DNA of 64,000 bases. Origin: Sedimenticola sp. Lineage in GTDB: Bacteria > Pseudomonadota > Gammaproteobacteria > Chromatiales > Chromatiaceae. The notes under the pieces are model-generated. The model searched no databases. It was not told where the DNA came from and saw nothing but the letters and a program-made list of their open reading frames with translations. Both the position numbers and the translations under genes were made by a program. The stretch is taken from positions 88,475 to 152,474 of the forward strand of contig NZ_JBNKFS010000005.1 in assembly GCF_050289425.1 (NCBI RefSeq), given 5' to 3'. Below are positions 27,667-38,041 of this stretch, piece by piece. How positions within the stretch are numbered: position 1 is the stretch's first letter; every line of letters starts with the position of its first letter.

Positions 27667-28119
27667 TTATGCATCCAAAACGCAATAGAGCCGCACGCCC
27701 TCCTCGATATTTCTGACCTTGAGCCGTGGCAACAGCACCGCCTGCACCGGAAAGCGGGTTTTGTGATGATTTGGGCGATAGCGCTCGCCATAGGCTATGC
27801 CGGTAATCTTCAGCTGCTTTTTACGGTGCCGTTCATCCAGGTCATCCACCTCCTCCAGCGAGTGGGTGACGAACCGTTTGAACACCCAGCCGTTGTCCAT
27901 CTGGAACAGCAGTTCCGAGAGCAGGCCGACCACGGTGGTGGGGATATCGAAACCGTACCAGCTGATCGGGATCTCCTCGCGCTCCTCGACCGATTCCTGA
28001 TCCCACATGAACAGGCAGAGGGCGGTGGCGGCCGCGTTGAACATCTCGTTGTGATCGCGGGCGATCACTTCCAGGCCCACACCGCCCCTGGGGTCCTCGC
28101 TGAAGTTGTAACTTGCCAT
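27667..28119 (-). CDS. Archease-like protein, divergent
   Basis: Length and pattern of archease (MFNAAATAL, LLSELLF..D, AYGE, VQAV, terminal VLDA). Confidence 0.65.
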   Translation of the reverse strand: MASYNFSEDPRGGVGLEVIARDHNEMFNAAATALCLFMWDQESVEEREEIPISWYGFDIPTTVVGLLSELLFQMDNGWVFKRFVTHSLEEVDDLDERHRKKQLKITGIAYGERYRPNHHKTRFPVQAVLLPRLKVRNIEEGVRLYCVLDA

Positions 28120-28197
28120 GCCGTTCGCTCTGGTCGTGACCTGATAATCTCTCAGGCTTTCTTATATCAGGTCACGACCGTTGCATAAACGGCTTGT

Positions 28198-28500
28198 TCA
28201 CCGTCCTAATGCCTCGATGATCGCTCGTGCCTGCGGGTAACCGTGCCGCGCGGCCTGTTGCCACCAGTAGCGAGCCCTGTCCGGGTCCTTTTCCAGATAT
28301 TTGCCGGTGTCGTAGAAACGGCCCAGGTCGGCGCAGGCGGAGGCGTGCCCCTGGCTCGCCGCCCGTTCGATCCACTCGATGCCCTCGGCGATGTTGGGTT
28401 CCACCCCCCGCCCGGATAGCAGCATCTCGCCAAGGCTGTGCTGGGCATGCGCCTCGCCCTGACCGGAAGCTCCGACGCCTTGATCCAGTGGATCAAGGAA
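28198..28500 (-). pseudogene. Sel1-like repeat protein, apparently 5'-truncated
   Basis: AQHSLGEMLLSGRGV..W.ERAASQG, LGRFYDTG..ARYWWQQAARHG; no credible start, and the called ORF begins inside the tRNA. Confidence 0.55.
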
Positions 28501-28561
28501 GTTGCTGAACGCCCCGAAGGGGCAGGAAATCCTGTGTTTGGCGTGGAATGAACGAAGTGAA

Positions 28562-28638
28562 TGGCGCGCCCGACAGGATTCGAACCTGTGACCCCTGCCT
28601 TCGGAGGGCAGTACTCTATCCAACTGAGCTACGGGCGC
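28562..28638 (-). tRNA. tRNA-Arg(CCG)
   Basis: GCGCCCGTAGCTCAGTTGGATAGAG...CTGCC-CTCCGAA-GGCAG...GGTTCGAATCC...GGGCGCGCCA, 77 nt with encoded CCA. Confidence 0.97.
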
Positions 28639-28816
28639 TGAAGAGGGCGTATCTTACCCTTAGGTATCCCGCACGTCTATCCCACACCTCGGTTTCCCGG
28701 GCTGGTATCCCGGGTGGGCAGTCGATCTTTTTGGCGGTTGTCGCTATACTGCGCGCTGTTATTTCCGGGGCGGGCCGATGCATGACGCCAGACGCCCATC
28801 CCTATGATCCCGATGT

Positions 28817-29356
28817 ATGAGGAGTGAGATTGTGAGCCCTAAAGCTGTTTCCCTTATTAAATGTATGACTCTGGCGGGTGTGACTGCGTTGGTGGTGAGC
28901 ACTCCGTTGATGGCGCAAGAGCGTGCCGAGGTGATCGAGCGTATCAAGCCTGTGGGTCAAGTCACTGTCGAGGGGCAGGCGCCATCCATGGCCGCTTCTG
29001 CTGCCGCGCCAACATCAGCGTCGGTGGCACCTGCTCCTGCTGCAACACCTGCTCCGGCGGTTCCGGCTACACCAGCTCCGGCACCGGCAGCAGCACCGGC
29101 CGCCGACCCCGGTGCCGCACTGTTCGCGGCTAAGGGCTGTACCGGTTGTCATGGTGCCGGGGGCAAGGCGCCGATTATGCCCGCTTACCCCAAGGTGGCA
29201 GCGCTTCCCGAGCAGTACATCCTGAATCAGCTGAAGGATATCAAGAGCGGTGCCCGCGACAATGGGCAGTCGGCTGTGATGAAGGGGATAATGGCTGCGG
29301 TATCCGAGGAGGATATGAAGGTGCTTGCCGGCTGGCTGAGTAAACAGCCGCGTTGA
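28817..29356 (+). CDS. Periplasmic monoheme cytochrome c with Ala/Pro linker
   Basis: Signal peptide, ERIKPVGQV, AP-rich linker, CTGCHG, YPKVA, distal Met; start uncertain. Confidence 0.88.
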   Translation: MRSEIVSPKAVSLIKCMTLAGVTALVVSTPLMAQERAEVIERIKPVGQVTVEGQAPSMAASAAAPTSASVAPAPAATPAPAVPATPAPAPAAAPAADPGAALFAAKGCTGCHGAGGKAPIMPAYPKVAALPEQYILNQLKDIKSGARDNGQSAVMKGIMAAVSEEDMKVLAGWLSKQPR

Positions 29357-29380
29357 GTAGTGCCGATTAAAGGATTGAAT

Positions 29381-29406
29381 AGGGCGTGCCACGGCACGCC
29401 CTTTTT
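29381..29406 (+). terminator. Rho-independent terminator
   Basis: AGGGCGTGCC-AC-GGCACGCCCT followed by a T-run. Confidence 0.7.
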
Positions 29407-29525
29407 GATTGTATCGGGTGTTTAGCTTGTAGGTTTGGTTAGCGGCGCACTGGCACGGGACGTCCAGACCACAATAATGCCTGGGCGCTGAGTAACCCAA
29501 CGCATCCGCCGTCAAACGCTGGGTA

Positions 29526-29554
29526 TGCGTTCCCACGCAGAGCGTGGGAACGAG
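29526..29554. repeat. REP-like palindrome
   Basis: TGCGTTCCCACGCAGAGCGTGGGAACGAG between convergent genes; resembles a widespread extragenic palindrome family. Confidence 0.6.
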
Positions 29555-29679
29555 GCGGGAACCGAAATTGCGCCTGTGAACCCCAGCTAAATCCCTTTTG
29601 GTTGCGGTGAGGGGTTCGTTCCTTGCCCCACAACCCGCGAGTTCACGGGCACCTTACGGACGCCGGGTCCAACGGCCTG

Positions 29680-31689
<2,010 letters not shown>

Positions 31690-31852
31690 CGTTCATTCTG
31701 GGTCCGCGAAAAAGTTACCGCCTGTATTCGATGCTACGGAATGGTTGATTCGCAGTCCCTAAACAGAAAACAGGTTAGAATCTAATAATTCGTGTGGAAG
31801 GCGCTGGCAGGTCACTGTCGGTATTATGCGGAAAAGATGAAGGATAGACCAG

Positions 31853-32566
31853 ATGGCGAAGAATAAAGATTACTGCGAGCGGCCACAACAGAGCCAACTT
31901 CCTCGGGAATCCTGGAAGGTGTTCCAGATTATGGCGGAGTTCGTCGAGGGTTTTGAGAAGCTGTCGGGCATCTGGCCGGCGGTCAGTATTTTCGGTTCGG
32001 CGCGTGCCGACAGAGAGAGCGAGTCATACCGGAAGGCGGAGCAGATCGCCTACCTGCTGTCTGAGAGTGGCTTTGCCGTCGTCAGCGGGGGTGGTCCCGG
32101 CATAATGGAAGCCGCCAACAAAGGTGGACATCGGGGGCGGGCGCCCAGTGTAGGACTCAATATCGAATTGCCGAAGGAGCAGGTACCCAATCCCTACCAG
32201 GATCTCTCGCTCCATTTCAAACACTTCTTTTCCCGCAAGGTGATGTTTGTGAAATACGCCTCGGCCTACGTGGTGATGCCGGGCGGGTTCGGTACCCTGG
32301 ATGAGTTTGCCGAGATCCTGACCCTGATTCAGACCGGCAAAACGCGACACATTCCGATTATTCTGGTCGATGGGCAGTTCTGGGGCGGGTTGCTGGACTG
32401 GATGCGCAATACCATGTGTGCGGTCGGCACCATTTCCCCCAAGGATCTGGAGCTGGTGCAGCTCTGTGAAGAGCCCCAGCAAGTGGTGGATGCAATCTTT
32501 GCACATTATGAAACGCGTGGTTTTGAACCCTCGTTTGCGGAGCAGGAAATCCTCCTGGAACTGTAA
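31853..32566 (+). CDS. LOG family (TIGR00730) nucleotide phosphoribohydrolase
   Basis: SIFGSAR, GGGPGIMEAAN, FFSRKVMF, PGGFGTLDE. Confidence 0.93.
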   Translation: MAKNKDYCERPQQSQLPRESWKVFQIMAEFVEGFEKLSGIWPAVSIFGSARADRESESYRKAEQIAYLLSESGFAVVSGGGPGIMEAANKGGHRGRAPSVGLNIELPKEQVPNPYQDLSLHFKHFFSRKVMFVKYASAYVVMPGGFGTLDEFAEILTLIQTGKTRHIPIILVDGQFWGGLLDWMRNTMCAVGTISPKDLELVQLCEEPQQVVDAIFAHYETRGFEPSFAEQEILLEL

Positions 32567-32783
32567 TATGATTCCACTTCAGGTCGATTTGGCCGGCTGT
32601 TTCAGCAACGGTTTAAGCAAATTACGGCGGTGCCGCTAAAATTTATAGAGGGAACTATTCCCGTACGGACATCACCTAACGAATATCGATGAAAGGTAGG
32701 TGTTTGAACCCCGATCTCAGAAATGGTGGGCAGTTTTTGATATTTGTACGATAGGTAGCCCGGAATAAGGAAAAGAGAAGAAG

Positions 32784-33116
32784 ATGAAGAACAGATTGCT
32801 GGCCCTATTGCTTCTGCTGACGGCACCGTTACCACTCTTCGCTGAGGAGTCGGCTGCACAGCCACAGCCGCCGGATCTTCCGCCCAAGGTGGAAAGCGGT
32901 GAGGTACTGGAACCGGATGTGACCATTGTCGAGAGCGATAAAGGTACCACTGAGGAGTACCGCATCAACGGTCGACTCTATATGGTGAAGATCACCCCGA
33001 TTGCCGGCCCCGCCTATTACCTGCTGGATACCAACGGCGATGGTGTGCTGGATGTACGTGAAGAAGCGCGCCCGGGGAACAACTCCATCCCCCAGTGGGT
33101 GCTGTTTAGCTGGTGA
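32784..33116 (+). CDS. DUF2782-type exported protein
   Basis: Signal peptide, PDVTI, EEYRINGRLYMVKITP, YYLLD..GDG, terminal WVLFSW. Confidence 0.8.
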   Translation: MKNRLLALLLLLTAPLPLFAEESAAQPQPPDLPPKVESGEVLEPDVTIVESDKGTTEEYRINGRLYMVKITPIAGPAYYLLDTNGDGVLDVREEARPGNNSIPQWVLFSW

Positions 33117-33165
33117 CCACTCGCTGACGGTTCGACGTTGGCCTATCAAGTTTCGCCCCGGATAC

Positions 33166-33183
33166 TTGTCATCAAACTGTAAT
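33166..33183 (+). promoter_or_regulatory. Pho box upstream of phoB
   Basis: TTGTCAT-CAAA-CTGTAAT. Confidence 0.8.
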
Positions 33184-33253
33184 GTTGCGACAGTGTAATA
33201 ATCACTTCACACATTAGGCTGATAGCCATCACAGAAGGCAGAGTGAGTTAAGT

Positions 33254-33952
33254 ATGGCGACAAAGATCCTGGTCGTTGAAGACGAATCCGCAGTACGCGA
33301 GATGATCCAGTTCGTACTCGAACAATCCGGTTACGATGTGGTCGGGGCGGAGAGCGTGGATGAAGCCAAGGCGAGTATGGCCGATGCACCGCCCGACCTG
33401 ATTCTCATGGACTGGATGTTGCCGGGTGTCAGCGGGGTGGAATACACCCGTGAACTGAAACAGGATCCGGTGACGCGCGACATCCCGATCATTATGCTCA
33501 CCGCCCGGGGGGAAGAGGATGACAAGGTGCGCGGTCTGGAGTGTGGGGCCGAGGATTATGTCACCAAACCCTTTTCCCCCAAGGAGCTGGCCGCCCGCAT
33601 CAAGGTGATTCTGCGCCGGGTGGCGCCGCATGCCACCGAAGAGGCGGTGCAGGCGGGCGAGATGCGGCTCGATCCGGTCTCCTACCGGGTCACCATGGGC
33701 GATCGTCCCATCGAACTGGGACCCACCGAGTTCAAACTGCTGCATTTCTTCATGACTCACCGGGAAAAAGTCTACAGCCGCTCCCGCCTGCTGGATAAGG
33801 TGTGGGGGACCAATGTTTACATCGAAGAGCGCACCGTGGACGTGCATATCCGTCGCCTGCGCCAAGCCCTGGAACCCTTTGAAATGGATGGCCTGATCCA
33901 GACCGTCCGTGGCGCCGGCTATCGATTCTCGGAGCAGGTCGCTGCTCGATGA
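33254..33952 (+). CDS. phoB: Phosphate regulon response regulator PhoB
   Basis: [41 protein letters not shown]. Confidence 0.97.
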   Translation: MATKILVVEDESAVREMIQFVLEQSGYDVVGAESVDEAKASMADAPPDLILMDWMLPGVSGVEYTRELKQDPVTRDIPIIMLTARGEEDDKVRGLECGAEDYVTKPFSPKELAARIKVILRRVAPHATEEAVQAGEMRLDPVSYRVTMGDRPIELGPTEFKLLHFFMTHREKVYSRSRLLDKVWGTNVYIEERTVDVHIRRLRQALEPFEMDGLIQTVRGAGYRFSEQVAAR

Positions 33953-35247
33953 GCCTGGACCAGGCGTGGCGGAGTGAGCTGGTCGGTGTCGGTTTTATCG
34001 CCCTGCTGCTCATCCCCCTCGGCCTGGGAACCGGTTACCTAATCCCCATCCTTTGGGCCGGTCTGACCCTCTATCTGGGTTGGCATCTCTATCAGCTTTA
34101 TCGCTTTACCCGCTGGATCAGCAAGCCCAAGAGTCATCCGCGCCCCCATCCGTTCGGTATCTGGCGCCCCCTGATGTTACGGGTCGATGAACTGTCCGGG
34201 CGAGGACAGAAGCGCAAACGCAAGCTCAGTCGCATGCTTAGTGGATTTCTCGAATCCACCGGCGCCCTGCCCGATGCCACCGTGGTGTTGAACGATGAAG
34301 GTCGGCTTGATTGGTGGAACAGCGTGGCGGCCGATTTTCTGGGGCTGGACCGCAAGCGACACAAAGGGGCGCTGATCGATGACTTGATCTCCGATCCGGT
34401 GTTTTTGAGTTATCTGCATGCCGGTCATTACAGTCGTCCACTGCAGATGCCGGCTCCGGTGAATGCCAATATCAGTCTTGAGGTTCGCATTGTTCCCTAT
34501 GGTAAAGGTAAGCGCTTACTTCAGGCACGAGACATTACCCGACTACACCAACTGGAGATCGTACGACGCGATTTCGTGGCCAATGTATCGCATGAGATAC
34601 GTACGCCATTGACGGTGGTGCACGGCTATGTGGAGAGCATGCTGGAGAGTAGTGAAACGTTCCTGGGGCCCTGGAAGCGGATATTGGGACAGATGCAGGT
34701 CCAGACGTTGCGCATGCAACGCATAGTGGAAGATCTGCTGTTGCTGTCACGCTTAGAGACCCGGCGCAGCAGCGAGGGGGAGGGCGTGGTCGGGGTCAAC
34801 GCTTTGTTACGCGGCATTGTGGATGGAGCGCGTCAGTTGAGTGGCGACAAGCAGCACCGGATCACCCTGGATGCCGATGAGCGGCTGCGGTTGGTGGGTA
34901 ACGGTCATGAGCTGGAAAGCGCCTTTGCCAACCTGGTCTATAACGCCGTGCGCTATACCCCGGCGGGGGGAGATATCCGTATTCGCTGGTGGTTGTCTGG
35001 CGGTGGTCCCTGTTTTTCGGTGACCGACAGCGGTATCGGCATCGCTCCTGAGCACATTCCGCGCCTGACCGAGCGCTTCTACCGGGTAGACGTGGGGCGT
35101 TCCCGGGAGAGTGGGGGCACCGGCCTCGGTTTGGCGATCGTCAAACATGTGCTGTCGCGGCACGATGGAACACTGCGGGTGGAGAGCGAACCGGGAAAGG
35201 GGAGTGTTTTCACCTGCCGTTTCCCTCATGCCCGGGTCGCTTCCTGA
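33949..35247 (+). CDS. phoR: Phosphate regulon sensor kinase PhoR
   Basis: [43 protein letters not shown]; follows phoB. Confidence 0.96.
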   Translation: MSLDQAWRSELVGVGFIALLLIPLGLGTGYLIPILWAGLTLYLGWHLYQLYRFTRWISKPKSHPRPHPFGIWRPLMLRVDELSGRGQKRKRKLSRMLSGFLESTGALPDATVVLNDEGRLDWWNSVAADFLGLDRKRHKGALIDDLISDPVFLSYLHAGHYSRPLQMPAPVNANISLEVRIVPYGKGKRLLQARDITRLHQLEIVRRDFVANVSHEIRTPLTVVHGYVESMLESSETFLGPWKRILGQMQVQTLRMQRIVEDLLLLSRLETRRSSEGEGVVGVNALLRGIVDGARQLSGDKQHRITLDADERLRLVGNGHELESAFANLVYNAVRYTPAGGDIRIRWWLSGGGPCFSVTDSGIGIAPEHIPRLTERFYRVDVGRSRESGGTGLGLAIVKHVLSRHDGTLRVESEPGKGSVFTCRFPHARVAS

Positions 35248-35290
35248 CATGCTTCGAGAGGGGGGCACCTATGATAGCGAAAGGTTCAAT

Positions 35291-35318
35291 GTAGGGGCCT
35301 CTGTGGTTGCCCGGATGG
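35291..35318 (+). repeat. Degenerate REP-like element (copy 1)
   Basis: GTAGGGGC..CTGTGGTTGCCCGGATGG; 17 of 18 nt identical to 42254-42271. Confidence 0.4.
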
Positions 35319-35379
35319 TCGCCAAGATATGCTAAGCACAGCGAGCCGCGCCAACCGTGCTTTCCACCGACCCGTCGCA

Positions 35380-35419
35380 CTGTCATAAATCTGTAACATT
35401 ACACCAAGATTCCTGTAAC
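35380..35419 (+). promoter_or_regulatory. Pho boxes upstream of pstS
   Basis: CTGTCAT-AAAT-CTGTAAC at 35380-35397 plus an in-register CTGTAAC at 35413-35419. Confidence 0.85.
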
Positions 35420-35481
35420 AAAAGATCCCGATAATTTCTCCAGGTTGAAAACAGCAATTACTCAATGACCTGGAGGTCCTA

Positions 35482-36531
35482 GTGATCAACAATCGTATTA
35501 TTCTGGCTGCTGCTCTGACTGCTGCGGCCGTTTCCAATGTTAACGCCGCTTCCCGCGACTATATCTCTATCGTCGGTTCCTCAACGGTTTATCCGTTTGC
35601 CACCGTGGTAGCAGAAACTTTCGGTAAAACCACCCACTTCAAAACCCCGAAGATTGAATCCACCGGTTCCGGCGGCGGTCTGAAACTGTTTTGCGCCGGT
35701 GTCGGCGTGGAGCACCCGGATATCACCAATGCCTCGCGTCGTATCAAGAGCTCCGAGATCGAGCGCTGCGCCAGTAACGGTGTGACCGATATCGTCGAAG
35801 TGAAGATTGGCTACGACGGTATTGTCATCGCCAACTCCAAGTCGGCTCCGCAGATGAATCTGACACGTCGCGACCTGTTTCTGGCACTGGCCAAGAAGGT
35901 GCCGAATGTGAAGGGTAGCGGTGAACTGATCGACAACCCCTATAAGAGCTGGAACGAGGTCAATGCGTCCCTGCCGAATACCGCCATTGAAGTCCTCGGT
36001 CCTCCCCCTACCTCCGGTACCCGTGATGCCTTCGTTGAGTTGGCCATGGAGGGGGGTTGTAAAACCTTCGACTTCATCAAGGCGATGAAGAAGAAAGACA
36101 AAAAAGCTTACAAGGGCATCTGTCACACCATCCGTGAAGATGGCGCCTATATCGAGGCGGGTGAGAACGATAACCTGATCGTACAAAAACTGGAGAGCAA
36201 TCCGAAAGCGGTAGGTATCTTCGGTTTCAGCTTCCTGGATCAGAATGCCGATAAGATCCAGGGCTCCATCGTCGACAAGGTAGCCCCGACCTTTGAAGCC
36301 ATTGCCGATGGCAGCTATCCGGTTTCCCGTCCGCTCTACTTCTACGTGAAGAAGGCGCACGTCGGCAAGATCCCCGGTATCGAAGAGTATCTGGCTGAAT
36401 TTACCAGCGCCAAGGCGTGGGGTGAAGAGGGCTATCTGGTGGATAAGGGGATGATTCCGATGCCGAACCAGGAGCGCAGCAAGTTTGCCGCTGACGTGAA
36501 GGGGCTGACGGTACTCAGGCTGACTCAGTAA
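35482..36531 (+). CDS. pstS: Phosphate ABC substrate-binding protein PstS
   Basis: VGSSTVYPF, ESTGSGGG, NASR, GPPPTSGTRDAF, YPVSRPL. Confidence 0.95.
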   Translation: MINNRIILAAALTAAAVSNVNAASRDYISIVGSSTVYPFATVVAETFGKTTHFKTPKIESTGSGGGLKLFCAGVGVEHPDITNASRRIKSSEIERCASNGVTDIVEVKIGYDGIVIANSKSAPQMNLTRRDLFLALAKKVPNVKGSGELIDNPYKSWNEVNASLPNTAIEVLGPPPTSGTRDAFVELAMEGGCKTFDFIKAMKKKDKKAYKGICHTIREDGAYIEAGENDNLIVQKLESNPKAVGIFGFSFLDQNADKIQGSIVDKVAPTFEAIADGSYPVSRPLYFYVKKAHVGKIPGIEEYLAEFTSAKAWGEEGYLVDKGMIPMPNQERSKFAADVKGLTVLRLTQ

Positions 36532-36584
36532 TTTTACGTTGATGCAAATCGTTGTTCTTGAACGGAACAGCGCCTAGCAACCAG

Positions 36585-36611
36585 GCCCTCTCCCGGAATA
36601 CGGGGGAGGGC
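36585..36611 (+). terminator. Intercistronic hairpin after pstS (mRNA stabiliser or partial terminator)
   Basis: GCCCTCTCCCG-GAATA-CGGGGGAGGGC. Confidence 0.5.
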
Positions 36612-36652
36612 ATTGCCGTTCATGAGCCAGACCCCGTTGTTGTTGAAGTATT

Positions 36653-38041
36653 ATGTCTAACACCCTACTCATTCTGATACTGCTGGTCCTGATGGCGTTA
36701 GCCTATCGGTTGGGCGTGCAACGCTCCCAGCGGCTGGTCGGTGGTCCGGGCGGTGTGCGTAATCTCCATTCGCTGCCCTCTTACTACGGTTTCTTTACCG
36801 CTCTTTGGTGTGGATTGCCGGCGCTATTGGTGCTGTTTCTCTGGGTTTCGCTGCAAACGGGGGTGATCCGGGATCTGGTGATTTCGGACCTGCCGGACGC
36901 GGTGCGTACACTGCCACCCGCGCAGTTGGGCCTGGTTATCAACGATATTCAGAATCTCGCCCAGGGCAATATCGTTTCGGCTGAGGTCAGTCCGGCGATG
37001 GAACAGGCGGCGGCCCATTACACACGCCTGCAGCAGACCAGTTACGCGGCTTCGGTGGTGGTGGTGTTGAGCCTGGCACTGGCTGGCTTGTCCCTGGGCT
37101 GGCGCTTGATCTCTCCCCAGTATCGAGCGCGCAACCGGGTGGAAACGGTTATCAAGTGGCTGTTGGTCGGTTGCTCAACCATCGCCATCTTTACCACCCT
37201 GGGCATTGTGCTCTCGGTGTTGTTCGAGGCGATCCGTTTTTTCGACACTGTTCCCCTCGCTGATTTTCTGTTCGGCCTGGAGTGGAGTCCGCAGATGGCA
37301 ATCCGGGCGGATCAGGTCGGTTCGTCGGGCGCCTTCGGCGTCATCCCGCTGTTTGTCGGTACCCTGCTGATTGCTCTGATCGCCATGCTGGTGGCAGTGC
37401 CGATCGGCTTGATGTCTGCCATCTATCTATCCGAGTATGCCGGTCTCCATTTTCGTGCTTATGCCAAACCGTTGCTGGAGATCCTGGCCGGCATTCCGAC
37501 CGTGGTGTATGGCTTTTTCGCGGCCCTCACCGTCGCCCCGTTTATCCGCGACAACGGCGCCTTGCTCGGCCTGGATGTCTCGTCCGAGAGTGCGCTGGCG
37601 GCCGGGTTGGTGATGGGCATCATGATTATCCCGTTTATCTCGTCCCTCTCCGACGACGTGATCAATGCCGTCCCCCAGACCATGCGGGATGCCTCCCTGG
37701 GGATCGGTGCCACCCATTCCGAAACCGTGCGTAAGGTGATCTTGCCGGCTGCGCTACCCGGTATTGTCGGCGGCATCCTGTTGGCGGTCTCCCGGGCGAT
37801 CGGTGAAACCATGATCGTGGTGATGGCGGCCGGGTTGTCAGCCAATTTGACCGCCAATCCGTTGCAGAGCGTGACCACGGTGACGGTGCAGATTGTCACC
37901 CTGTTGGTGGGTGACCAGGAGTTTGACAGTCCCAAGACCCTGGCCGCATTCGCCCTGGGTCTGCTGCTGTTCCTGGTTACCCTGGTCCTGAATGTGGTTG
38001 CCCTTCATGTAGTAAGGAAGTATCGGGAAGCGTATGAATAA
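36653..38041 (+). CDS. pstC: Phosphate ABC permease PstC
   Basis: LEILAGIPTVVYG, SRAIGETMIV. Confidence 0.95.
   Translation: MSNTLLILILLVLMALAYRLGVQRSQRLVGGPGGVRNLHSLPSYYGFFTALWCGLPALLVLFLWVSLQTGVIRDLVISDLPDAVRTLPPAQLGLVINDIQNLAQGNIVSAEVSPAMEQAAAHYTRLQQTSYAASVVVVLSLALAGLSLGWRLISPQYRARNRVETVIKWLLVGCSTIAIFTTLGIVLSVLFEAIRFFDTVPLADFLFGLEWSPQMAIRADQVGSSGAFGVIPLFVGTLLIALIAMLVAVPIGLMSAIYLSEYAGLHFRAYAKPLLEILAGIPTVVYGFFAALTVAPFIRDNGALLGLDVSSESALAAGLVMGIMIIPFISSLSDDVINAVPQTMRDASLGIGATHSETVRKVILPAALPGIVGGILLAVSRAIGETMIVVMAAGLSANLTANPLQSVTTVTVQIVTLLVGDQEFDSPKTLAAFALGLLLFLVTLVLNVVALHVVRKYREAYE

Larger units (their letters stand above)
9723..28565. mobile_element. Putative tRNA-Arg-anchored genomic island (no integrase seen)
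   Basis: GC-richer block by eye, downstream of the tRNA 3' end; 9-bp direct repeat GTGAATGGC at 9723-9731 and 28557-28565. Confidence 0.35.

Noticed and set aside
28206-28496. Alternative-frame ORF (IHWIKASE...) as evidence of a frameshifted Sel1 gene
   Set aside because: Only a few residues resemble a Sel1 repeat, too little to call a frameshift
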